Shown piece by piece: positions 9,363 to 17,555 of a DNA stretch of 64,000 bases. This DNA comes from a virus. Its lineage: Duplodnaviria > Caudoviricetes. Location: the IMG/VR virus record IMGVR_UViG_2675903036_000001, positions 22,710 to 86,709 of that record; one strand, given 5' to 3'. The notes beneath the pieces are model-generated. The model worked only from the letters and a program-made list of their open reading frames with translations. It did no database searches and was not told the origin of the DNA. Each line of letters begins with the position of its first letter. The stretch's first letter is position 1. The position numbers and the translations under genes were made by a program.

Positions 9363-9380
9363 GCCTAACTAGAATTAGAC
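9363..9380 (-). mobile_element. attI-like core site (GTCTAAT-tcta-GTTAGGC)
   Basis: GTTRRRY directly ahead of the first cassette with a closely spaced L-box and no long palindrome. Confidence 0.4.
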
Positions 9381-9515
9381 CTCCGAAATGACGCAATATA
9401 TTACGTCAAAAATGAAATATAACTCGGAAAGTTGCATGCTATTTTCTTATGATTAATAGAATTGCGTCGGTTTAGCTTTCATCATAATAACAATCTTCGC
9501 TAGATCCACAAATAT

Positions 9516-9848
9516 ATGAAATTTATATCCGCATTAGTAACCATTCTTATTTCCCATCTGGCATTTGCTTCTGGAGATCACATCCAACCAGATAAGTTGG
9601 GCGGCTACTTCACTAAAGAGGACCATTACCAATCAGACAGGATGGGCGGTTACTATGCCCCTAACGGAGAGCACCTGCAATCAGATGGTAGGGGCGGCTA
9701 CTTTACGCAAAAAGGTCATGTTCAGACTGATAACCAAGGTGGTTATTATGCTCCACAAGGGCATTATCAATCGGACGGCAGGGGTGGATACTTCACCCCT
9801 GATGGCAAGCATATTCAGTCTGACGGAATGGGTGGGTGGTATAAGTAA
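9516..9848 (+). CDS. secreted protein with six HxQxDxxGG[YW][YF] repeats
   Basis: signal peptide MKFISALV...AFA; 15-16-aa tandem repeats. Confidence 0.75.
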   Translation: MKFISALVTILISHLAFASGDHIQPDKLGGYFTKEDHYQSDRMGGYYAPNGEHLQSDGRGGYFTQKGHVQTDNQGGYYAPQGHYQSDGRGGYFTPDGKHIQSDGMGGWYK

Positions 9849-9853
9849 GTTAT

Positions 9854-9882
9854 TTGACACGACAATGCAAGGGGGATATATT
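9854..9882 (+). promoter_or_regulatory. sigma70 promoter TTGACA-17-TATATT for the antirepressor leader
   Basis: perfect -35 and 17-bp spacer. Confidence 0.7.
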
Positions 9883-9890
9883 GCAGATAA

Positions 9891-10087
9891 GTGCTCAAAA
9901 CACTTCGCATAGCGGACTAACCTGCGCCCGATAGTCGTGGTTTTTTTACGTCCATAGTTTTCCTATGGCCGGGTGTTAGGCTAATAAAAGACCTGTCTTG
10001 ACAGGGAATATGCCAGCCGTCTATGCGCGGTTTTGAGCACCCGGCCACCCTCTCAAAAAGGGTGAATACTCAAAATAAATCGCATAG
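9891..10087 (+). ncRNA. C4-type antisense RNA (~9964-10046) with flanking target sites
   Basis: TGGCCGGGTG/CACCCGGCCA closing stem; CTATGCG and GTTTTGAGCAC are complementary to CGCATAG and GTGCTCAAAAC upstream, with partial copies at 10068-10087 over the RBS. Confidence 0.75.
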
Positions 10088-10096
10088 GAGGTCATC

Positions 10097-10921
10097 ATGA
10101 CTGCTCTTTCTTTAGCTTTTCAATCCACTCAATTCGACGTTGTAGACCGTAACAACCAGCCTTGGCTAAGGAGCCTCCAGATCGGAGGTGCCTTGGGATA
10201 TGCCAAGCCAGACCACTCGATTTGGAAATTGTACGAATCTAACAAAGACGAATTCACCGACGCCATGACTGCCTTGGTTGAATTAGAAACTAATGGCGGA
10301 AAACAGAAAGTAAGAATTTTCTCCCTTCGTGGTGCTCATCTTCTCGCCATGTTCGCCCGCACAAAAATCGCTAAAGAATTCAGGAAATGGGTTCTGGATA
10401 TCCTGGATCGGGAAACTCAACTACCGAGCAATCCTCAGCAGTTCATTACACCCGAGCAAACCAACGAAATTTACACTCTGGTTTGCGAGCGCTTCCCAGA
10501 TGGCCGTGACCGTGTGTACGCATGGAGCCGCTTCAACAATCATTTTCGTATCAATAGCTACAAAAATTTACTGTTTACAAAATACGAGGAGGCTTGCCGG
10601 TATATCCCTTCCATTCCAGGCAAGAAAGAAGTTAGGACGTTACCCGCTCCTATGCCTGCGATCAAACCACCCGTTTGGACAAAGCCCGATCCTGCGGGCT
10701 CAGCAGACGCAATACGCAGCATCCAAACAATGAGAAGCATCATTACGGAATTGCAGACCTGGTGTCATGAGCTTCCCATTGAAGCAGGGATGCCGCTATG
10801 GGAAGCACTGGATGATGTTAAGAGGCTCCTAATAACTGGCTCAACAGAAGTAAGCGAAGCATTGATGCATATCGGCATCGCCACTCGCTACCTGAATCGC
10901 TGGATGGGTAGGAGCCAATAG
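10097..10921 (+). CDS. phage antirepressor (BRO-N domain + ORF6C-like region)
   Basis: QKVRIFSLRGAHLLAMFARTKIAKEFRKWVLDILD. Confidence 0.85.
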   Translation: MTALSLAFQSTQFDVVDRNNQPWLRSLQIGGALGYAKPDHSIWKLYESNKDEFTDAMTALVELETNGGKQKVRIFSLRGAHLLAMFARTKIAKEFRKWVLDILDRETQLPSNPQQFITPEQTNEIYTLVCERFPDGRDRVYAWSRFNNHFRINSYKNLLFTKYEEACRYIPSIPGKKEVRTLPAPMPAIKPPVWTKPDPAGSADAIRSIQTMRSIITELQTWCHELPIEAGMPLWEALDDVKRLLITGSTEVSEALMHIGIATRYLNRWMGRSQ

Positions 10922-10932
10922 AAAGCACAGCA

Positions 10933-10961
10933 CAGGAAAGGGCCTAGATGCTCTTTCCTTT
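10933..10961 (+). terminator. hairpin terminator after the antirepressor
   Basis: AGGAAAGGGC-ctagat-GCTCTTTCCT followed by TT. Confidence 0.5.
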
Positions 10962-10989
10962 CTCAAGCAAAATAAAAAGGAAGAATAAG

Positions 10990-12066
10990 ATGAAAAAATG
11001 GTTGTTTGTGATGATGCTGTTTCTTAGTGCTTGTGCAGTTCCTCAGGAATCCCAAAGAACATCGTATTGGGATAGTATGAATAATTCCGAGAAGAGCGCT
11101 TTCTTGACACAGCAATTTGCGAAATCTGGAGACTCAAATGAGCAGCTAAAACTTGGTGATGCTTATATGGATGGCTTAGGAATGCCACAGGATTCTGAGA
11201 AAGCATTTTACTGGACTGAAAAAGCAGCTAATGGTTGGGCTCGTGGAGCAAATTATAAAGTAGGAATCATGTACCAAAAAGGAATCGGCGTTGAACAAAA
11301 CTCTGTTAAAGCCGCAGAACATTTCTTAAAAGCAATAGAGAGAGATGTTGATAAAAAAGCAATGATACATTTAGGCGAAATGTATTTGAATGGGGATGGC
11401 GTTGAGAAAAATATAGAAAAAGGTATTTCTCTCTATGAGAGGGCTGCTGAGGGAGGCGATGCTGATGCTCAATTCGCATTGGGAAAAATTTATTTCAATG
11501 ATTACCGTGTGCCTAAGAATATAAAGCAAGCTCACTACTGGTTGACTACATCTGCTAAAAATGGATATTCAGATCAGGTAAACAGTCTTTTGAATGATTT
11601 GGATAAAGAATTAGCTCAGGCTGAGGCTGATGAGCAAGAGAAGGCTAGAAAAGCGAAAACCGAGCTTAATGAAGCTATAAGAAGCCAGTCCTATGTTAAA
11701 CAGTTAAGGCAAAAATACGGAAAACGCTTGAGGTATGAAACCGCTCACGCGCAAACAAGGATTCAATCCTTCAATATTGATTGCCGTGCAAACGATGGGC
11801 GCTATCTTCCACTTGAGAATGTCTTGCTTGCCAAGATGGCTTCTCTTGATAGTAAACAAGCATATCTGACTATCCGTGCAACTAACCGTGGTGACGATGT
11901 AAGAATCTACGATGAGCTGATAAGTGCAGACGGCAGACGCATGGGCTCAATACCTATGTTTGAGATTAATAAATGGGGGGAATTGCGTACATTAGCAGAT
12001 GTCAGGATTGAGGCTATCCTAAATAGTTGTTTTGGCAGTTTCGGTCCAATATGGGCAAGCAGGTAA
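10990..12066 (+). CDS. Sel1-repeat lipoprotein
   Basis: lipobox LSAC after MKK; four Sel1-like repeats (LG..Y..G.GV..N...A). Confidence 0.85.
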   Translation: MKKWLFVMMLFLSACAVPQESQRTSYWDSMNNSEKSAFLTQQFAKSGDSNEQLKLGDAYMDGLGMPQDSEKAFYWTEKAANGWARGANYKVGIMYQKGIGVEQNSVKAAEHFLKAIERDVDKKAMIHLGEMYLNGDGVEKNIEKGISLYERAAEGGDADAQFALGKIYFNDYRVPKNIKQAHYWLTTSAKNGYSDQVNSLLNDLDKELAQAEADEQEKARKAKTELNEAIRSQSYVKQLRQKYGKRLRYETAHAQTRIQSFNIDCRANDGRYLPLENVLLAKMASLDSKQAYLTIRATNRGDDVRIYDELISADGRRMGSIPMFEINKWGELRTLADVRIEAILNSCFGSFGPIWASR

Positions 12067-12120
12067 GCAAGCGCCGCTAAAATACGGATCGTCTCAATCA
12101 TCTTGTTTTTGCGCAAATAA

Positions 12121-12139
12121 ACCGTTAGAATTTAACGGT
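12121..12139. promoter_or_regulatory. palindromic operator of the TA pair
   Basis: ACCGTTA-gaatt-TAACGGT ahead of the toxin gene. Confidence 0.5.
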
Positions 12140-12161
12140 CAATAAATAAAATAATACCCGC

Positions 12162-12473
12162 ATGAGCAATATTGTTGCTTTGGATTTGACATGCGCTAAC
12201 GCAAAACAATTAATAGCTGAAATAGCGAAAGACAGCGCCAGAGTATTCTATACAACTCATGCGGAAAAGCGCATGAAGGAGCGCAAAATCACAAGATCGC
12301 AGGTTCAGCGTTGCTTGCTACATGGGAAAATAACTGAAGGTCCGTACCGTGATATTCACGGCAAATGGTGTTTAACTTTGGAAACATTTTCGGCTGGAGA
12401 GCCAGTGGCGGTAGTTGCCGCCCTTGATAAAGACTCTGATGGAAGCATGATTATTATAATAACGTCTTATTGA
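12162..12473 (+). CDS. DUF4258 family toxin
   Basis: YTTHAEKRMKERKIT motif; paired with a downstream HTH gene. Confidence 0.75.
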   Translation: MSNIVALDLTCANAKQLIAEIAKDSARVFYTTHAEKRMKERKITRSQVQRCLLHGKITEGPYRDIHGKWCLTLETFSAGEPVAVVAALDKDSDGSMIIIITSY

Positions 12474-12486
12474 GGAGGGGATCAGC

Positions 12487-12927
12487 ATGTTGCATTATAC
12501 AAGCTGCGGGCTACAAAATATTTGGCTTAGGAACGGATATACAACTGTTAAAACTGCTTATGGAGAAGCCACTTCCATTCATGATCTGGATGGCTTGCAT
12601 AAAGCTATTGGGCTGTATTTGGTTAATAACAAACCAAGATTAACAGGCGCGGAACTGCGGTTTCTACGGAAAGAACTTGATTTGTCACAATCTCATTTAG
12701 CTACCATGCTTGGTGTTAGCGAGCCATCAATCAGGGGGTGGGAGAATAATCGTTCTAAAGTATCTGCTCCAGCAGAAAAAATACTAAGAGCGATGTATGC
12801 GGCAAAAGTGAATGGGCATAGAGATATAAATTCTCTATTGGAGAGGATAAGCCAATTAAACCGTGACATTCATTCAGTCAAGATAGAGCTTGAAGAAACC
12901 AAATCGGGGTGGAAACAAGCTGCTTAA
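12487..12927 (+). CDS. XRE/MqsA-like HTH antitoxin
   Basis: HYTSCGL.NIWL.NG N-terminus; LRFLRKELDLSQSHLATMLGVS...GWEN. Confidence 0.8.
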   Translation: MLHYTSCGLQNIWLRNGYTTVKTAYGEATSIHDLDGLHKAIGLYLVNNKPRLTGAELRFLRKELDLSQSHLATMLGVSEPSIRGWENNRSKVSAPAEKILRAMYAAKVNGHRDINSLLERISQLNRDIHSVKIELEETKSGWKQAA

Positions 12928-12959
12928 GCTGAAATATGTAGGCCAATAACAAAAGGGTG

Positions 12960-12974
12960 TCGTGATGCTACTTT
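12960..12974 (+). promoter_or_regulatory. putative late promoter TCGTGA-tgc-TACTTT, ATG 6 nt downstream (leaderless)
   Basis: repeated motif; no SD sequence before the portal ATG. Confidence 0.7.
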
Positions 12975-12980
12975 CATGGC

Positions 12981-14720
12981 ATGAACGACACTCCCTCACA
13001 AGTAGCTTTCAACGAAGTAGCGCCACAAGATGAGCGCTATGACGCCCATGCAGAGTTACAAAAAAGTGCATTATCAGAATTAATTCCGCGCCCTGAGATA
13101 CAGCCGGTCATTGACTATATTCTTGATGACTTGGCTGAACAGGAAATGAGAAAGGCTTTAGCGAAGCCGAATATCATTCCTTTCCCTTCTAAAGCAGTCA
13201 AGAATAAGCAACCTGGCATGCAATCCGTGTATCTGGACGATATGCAGGTATCGGTCATGGGGCACTACTACGATAAGCCTGGCGTGTTCAGCTTCGACTC
13301 CATGCGTGCCATGGTCGAACAGACGCCGATACTCAATTCCGTGATCATGACACGTATCCGCCAGGTTCAGCGGTTCTGCAGGATACAGGAATCCGGTCGC
13401 GGGCCTGGCTTCGAGATCAAGCTCAAAGACCGTGAGGCAGAGGTAACGGATACCAACCGTCAATCCATCCAATTGATGCAGGATTTCATGCTTAACTGCG
13501 GGTGGGAAGCAAAACCACGCCAGAGAATGCGGCTTAAGCGCGACGATTTCACGTCATTCGTGGCCAAGCTGACTCGGGATAGTCTTACCATGGATTCAAT
13601 GGCTATCGAGACAGAATACAAGCGTGACAGAAAGCTTGGGATGGATGGATTGTATGCCGTGGATGGTTCCACGATCAGGCTTTGCACGGAAGATGGTTAT
13701 GAGGGCGATGACGAGATATTCGCGCTGCAGGTGGTGCAGGGGCGCATCCGTACTGCCTATACCTATGACGATCTGATCTATGTGCCGCGCAATCCGCGTA
13801 CGGATGTATTAACTGGTGGTTATGGTCTGGCTGAGACCGAGTTATTGATTCGCGTGGTCACGGGATTTTTAAACGCCATGACCTACAATCAGAAGTATTT
13901 CGATAGTAACGCGATTCCCAAAGGGCTGTTGCACTTATCCGGAAATTATTCCGAGAAAGACCTGTCGGCATTCAAGCGCTACTGGAATGCAATGGTGAAG
14001 GGTGTCAACAATGCCTGGACGTTGCCGGTCATGGTATCCAAGGATCAGGAATCCCGCGCGGCCTTCGAGCGCTTTGGTGTCGATGTCGATGAGATGATGT
14101 TCTCGAAATGGATGACATTCCTGGCATCGATCATCTGTGCCATTTACGGCATTTCTCCTGATGAGATTAATTTTGAGTCATTCAGCGCAAGCAAATCATC
14201 TCTTTCTGGCTCAGACACGTCTGAGAAGCTGGCAAATTCAAAAGACAGCGGCTTACGTCCACTTCTGACTTATCTGGAAAATATTTTCTCGGATTTCATT
14301 ATTCAGGATTTCAGCGAGCAATATGTGTTTCGCTGGACAGGGCTCGATGAGGAAGACGAAGAAAAGCGCCATGAAATTCGCAAGCTGGTACTCAAGGTCA
14401 ATGAAATACGCGCCCAAGAAGGTTACGACAAACTAAATGACAAATGGGGTGAGGCCCCTGTCAATCCTGCCTTGCTTGGCGCTTGGCAGTCCGAACAGCA
14501 ACAGAATGATCAAGATTTTGGTAACCCGGACGAGCAAGGCAGTAATTCTGACCAGGAAGATCAATCTGATTTTGGCGATGCAGGAGAGAATCAAGGCGAT
14601 CAGCAAGAAGCGGATTATGGCGATGCGGGTGATAACGATGATGAGACTGCAATCGAGTCCGATGATGAAGAAAATTTAGGAAAGTCTTTCGGTCTGCCTG
14701 TTTACACATTTGAAGTTTAG
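12981..14720 (+). CDS. portal protein
   Basis: NPRTDV..GYGLAE.E, YF...AIPKGLL, ICAIYGISPDEINF, VNEIRAQEG; acidic tail. Confidence 0.9.
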   Translation: MNDTPSQVAFNEVAPQDERYDAHAELQKSALSELIPRPEIQPVIDYILDDLAEQEMRKALAKPNIIPFPSKAVKNKQPGMQSVYLDDMQVSVMGHYYDKPGVFSFDSMRAMVEQTPILNSVIMTRIRQVQRFCRIQESGRGPGFEIKLKDREAEVTDTNRQSIQLMQDFMLNCGWEAKPRQRMRLKRDDFTSFVAKLTRDSLTMDSMAIETEYKRDRKLGMDGLYAVDGSTIRLCTEDGYEGDDEIFALQVVQGRIRTAYTYDDLIYVPRNPRTDVLTGGYGLAETELLIRVVTGFLNAMTYNQKYFDSNAIPKGLLHLSGNYSEKDLSAFKRYWNAMVKGVNNAWTLPVMVSKDQESRAAFERFGVDVDEMMFSKWMTFLASIICAIYGISPDEINFESFSASKSSLSGSDTSEKLANSKDSGLRPLLTYLENIFSDFIIQDFSEQYVFRWTGLDEEDEEKRHEIRKLVLKVNEIRAQEGYDKLNDKWGEAPVNPALLGAWQSEQQQNDQDFGNPDEQGSNSDQEDQSDFGDAGENQGDQQEADYGDAGDNDDETAIESDDEENLGKSFGLPVYTFEV

Positions 14721-14731
14721 CGGAGAAGTTA

Positions 14732-15025
14732 ATGGAGTCTCAAGAGCAGAGAGAGTTGCCGCGTTACAAAGGTCACAAAGAGGTTTGTGCTTTAAAAATT
14801 AAGAAAGTTATCAGAAACCAACAATCTTTTGCAATTACGTTAAGTTTTGAAGAGGAAGGCTATTCTGATCTAGCTGTCAGTGAGGAATGGTTGATCAGAC
14901 ATCGACCGCAAGCAGGAGGTTATTACGTTGTTTGCCAAGATGGATATGTGTCGTATTCGTCAGCCAAGGCATTTGAGGATGGCTATACGCTTATACGACC
15001 AGTGGGACCATTGGGGGTTGTTTGA
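14732..15025 (+). CDS. conserved small phage protein (GGYYVV..DGY.SYS...FEDGY type)
   Basis: GGAG RBS; recognisable phage motif. Confidence 0.65.
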   Translation: MESQEQRELPRYKGHKEVCALKIKKVIRNQQSFAITLSFEEEGYSDLAVSEEWLIRHRPQAGGYYVVCQDGYVSYSSAKAFEDGYTLIRPVGPLGVV

Positions 15026-16512
15026 AAAATCAGAAATTGCCTAGTAGAGCTATTGCTGGCGATGAAATCTTCTTCCATCACAAAGATGCGCCGTGCTGCG
15101 GAAAGGTATTGTCTGTCGGCAAGCATGGCGTGACGGTCGATCAGGAAGGGAAGCAGCATCGCGTCACGTGGGAGCGGGTGCTAGGACACAAGAAACGTAT
15201 ATCACCAAAACTAAAAATACTGCATGAAGGCGAGGACGGCATGATCGTAGAAGATGCTATGGGCAAGAAGCGCTTCGTGCATATTCCGTCAGATGCTAAA
15301 GAGGATCAATACATGGTTAAAGCATTGTCTGATAAACGGCTATTGTTGTTTACAAAGTCAGAGAAGATCGCTAATCGTGCAGGCCTTCACCTGGAAAACA
15401 GGACGGACCGTACAGGACGAAATCAAAAAAAATGGGTACGAAGTGGCCAGGATGAAACGAAAGGCGATAAACAAACCAAAACAAGTGAGTCTGAGCAAAA
15501 TAGCAGCCATGGGCAGACAGAATTTGGCGCACACAATATTAAAGCTGGGCAAAAAGTGCAATTCAAGCTGGGCGAGCTTGCTGGTGAAGGCAAAGTTGTT
15601 GGCAATCCGGGTGCTGATGGTGCGCATGTTAAGGATTCAAGCGGCCATATTCATCAGGTGCGCTGGGATCAGGTAACAGGGAATAGTTCGCATAATTCTG
15701 AGAGTGATAACAAAGGAGCTGGCGATGATCAGCAAGGCCAAAGCAAGCTATTTGATGACGAATTCGTTGCATCACTGCCTAGCATAGCAAAACAGCCACA
15801 TGATAACTGGGAAGACCTGGTTAAACATGGCAAGGAAGGTCTGGAGCAATTCAATGAGATGTTAGGCAAGGTCCAGCAGGTTATGGGATTGAAATCTGGA
15901 CACAATCCAGATGATATTACTGATGAGCAATGGGGGAATGACGACGGCTATCTATTCATTGCGCCTCTGAAAGGTGAGAAACGGGCAAGAGAAAAAGTAG
16001 AGGGAGATTATGATGGTGATTGGTCGCAATTGCGCGATGTGGTTAGGGCGACAATTAGTGTGCCTACTATGGCGCAAGTCAAGCAGGCCGTGGGACATTT
16101 GCATGATGTGGGTATTGATCTGGCGCAAAAACCGAAGAACAGGTTTGAGAAGTCTACGCATGAAGGTTATCGCGATTTAATGGCTATTGTTAAGCTGCCT
16201 AATGGTATGGTTGCAGAACTGCAAATTCATGTCAAAGCAATGACACAGGCAAAAAATCACGGGCATCACCATTATGGAATCACCCGCTCCTTGCAGACTA
16301 AATATAATGAAATCGAGCCTTCTGATAAATGGAGTGATGAGGATCATTCTGAATACTATAAAGCGATCAAGGCTCAACGTAACATATATTCCGAAGCTTG
16401 GAGAAAGGCTAATGGAGAGACTAAGAATCAATTGACAAAGGCATTCCTAGGTAGCACAATAATATTGCTGTTTAGGAAGAAGGAGGTGCCAAATGAACAT
16501 GATTTACATTGA
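15022..16512 (+). CDS. multidomain protein: two SH3-like repeats + RelA/SpoT-like nucleotidyltransferase (small alarmone synthetase-like)
   Basis: PLKGEKRAREKV, LRDVVRATI, KNRF, GYRDL, AELQIH motifs in the C-terminal half. Confidence 0.75.
   Translation: MKNQKLPSRAIAGDEIFFHHKDAPCCGKVLSVGKHGVTVDQEGKQHRVTWERVLGHKKRISPKLKILHEGEDGMIVEDAMGKKRFVHIPSDAKEDQYMVKALSDKRLLLFTKSEKIANRAGLHLENRTDRTGRNQKKWVRSGQDETKGDKQTKTSESEQNSSHGQTEFGAHNIKAGQKVQFKLGELAGEGKVVGNPGADGAHVKDSSGHIHQVRWDQVTGNSSHNSESDNKGAGDDQQGQSKLFDDEFVASLPSIAKQPHDNWEDLVKHGKEGLEQFNEMLGKVQQVMGLKSGHNPDDITDEQWGNDDGYLFIAPLKGEKRAREKVEGDYDGDWSQLRDVVRATISVPTMAQVKQAVGHLHDVGIDLAQKPKNRFEKSTHEGYRDLMAIVKLPNGMVAELQIHVKAMTQAKNHGHHHYGITRSLQTKYNEIEPSDKWSDEDHSEYYKAIKAQRNIYSEAWRKANGETKNQLTKAFLGSTIILLFRKKEVPNEHDLH
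16432..16460 (+). promoter_or_regulatory. internal sigma70 promoter TTGACA-17-CACAAT
   Basis: lies in the last codons of the synthetase gene, ~30 nt before AGGAGG-ATG of the 76-aa ORF. Confidence 0.6.
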
Positions 16513-16723
16513 GAATGAAGGCGCTTTGTATCGCGGACCAGCTAGGGGAGTTCCTAGGGAAATCTGGAACGCAAAAGAAAAGAAATTCGTGCCTTACAAG
16601 GGCGCTGTCCCTAAGCCAATTGAGTGGGGGTACGAAATTGATGAGGCAGAAGCGCGGGAAATGATGGGTATCGAGGAAGAAGGGAATGGGAAAAATGATC
16701 CTGTTCTTCAAGTCGCACATTAG
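16493..16723 (+). CDS. small acidic protein, candidate immunity/antitoxin
   Basis: AGGAGG RBS; overlaps both neighbours. Confidence 0.7.
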   Translation: MNMIYIENEGALYRGPARGVPREIWNAKEKKFVPYKGAVPKPIEWGYEIDEAEAREMMGIEEEGNGKNDPVLQVAH

Positions 16724-17267
16724 CGGCTACACCCGAGGTAATACCTACGTTCATGACCATTACCGTCGAGCTGCAAAATTTGCGGCTGCCAAGCATAAAG
16801 GCCAAACCCGCAAGGATGGCAAAACACCCTACATAACACACCCAGTCCAGGTGGCATCTATTCTGAGTAGAGAGGCCAAAGTAACCGATCCGGTTATCCT
16901 GTTAAGCGCATTACTACATGACACACTGGAAGATACCGACACCAGCTACGAGGAATTGGAAGCAGAGTTCGGCAACGAGGTTGCCAATCTGGTGCTGGAA
17001 GTGACCAATAATCCAAACCTATCCAAGCTGGATAGCAAAACAGAGCAAATTGCCAAGCCGTGGTCTCCAAAAGCTATCAGACTCAAGATGGCCGACAAGA
17101 CAGCTAACCTGCGAGATCTGGTTAATGCTCCGCCAGTTGGAATGTCAAAAGACAAAAAGATTGAATACGCCAATCATGCCAGAAAGGTGATTGAAGGCAT
17201 GAGAGAGCATCCAGAAGCGTTAAAACGATTATTCGATCTAGCCTACCAAATAGTTCTCAGTCACTAA
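16686..17267 (+). CDS. HD-domain (p)ppGpp hydrolase-like protein (Mesh1/SAH-like) with ILFFKS leader
   Basis: AAAKHKGQTRKDGKTPYITHP, ALLHDTLEDT, EVT, KMADKTANLRD. Confidence 0.9.
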   Translation: MGKMILFFKSHISGYTRGNTYVHDHYRRAAKFAAAKHKGQTRKDGKTPYITHPVQVASILSREAKVTDPVILLSALLHDTLEDTDTSYEELEAEFGNEVANLVLEVTNNPNLSKLDSKTEQIAKPWSPKAIRLKMADKTANLRDLVNAPPVGMSKDKKIEYANHARKVIEGMREHPEALKRLFDLAYQIVLSH

Positions 17268-17533
17268 ACTGCTTCATTCCATAGCGGTATGGTGTCGTAA
17301 CGTACCATAATTATCTTCGACAACCTGGGCAAAACTTTTTGCTGCTAAGTATTGTCTTATTAATTACTCCGAGCGTGTGTGTGGGGTGCTTCAAAAAACA
17401 TCACGCAGCTGGTGAGCAGATCTCCTTTTGCAGAGTTACCCATCCTCTGTTTCTTGCGTGAGCCAGTCGATTCCGTGCGTTAGTCGGCGATTCTATTTTT
17501 GCAAGCTGAGAAACCGGCTGCAACTATTGTATG

Positions 17534-17548
17534 TCGTGACCTGACAAT
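17534..17548 (+). promoter_or_regulatory. putative late promoter TCGTGA-cct-GACAAT, ATG 7 nt downstream
   Basis: repeated motif. Confidence 0.7.
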
Positions 17549-17555
17549 ATGTGTC

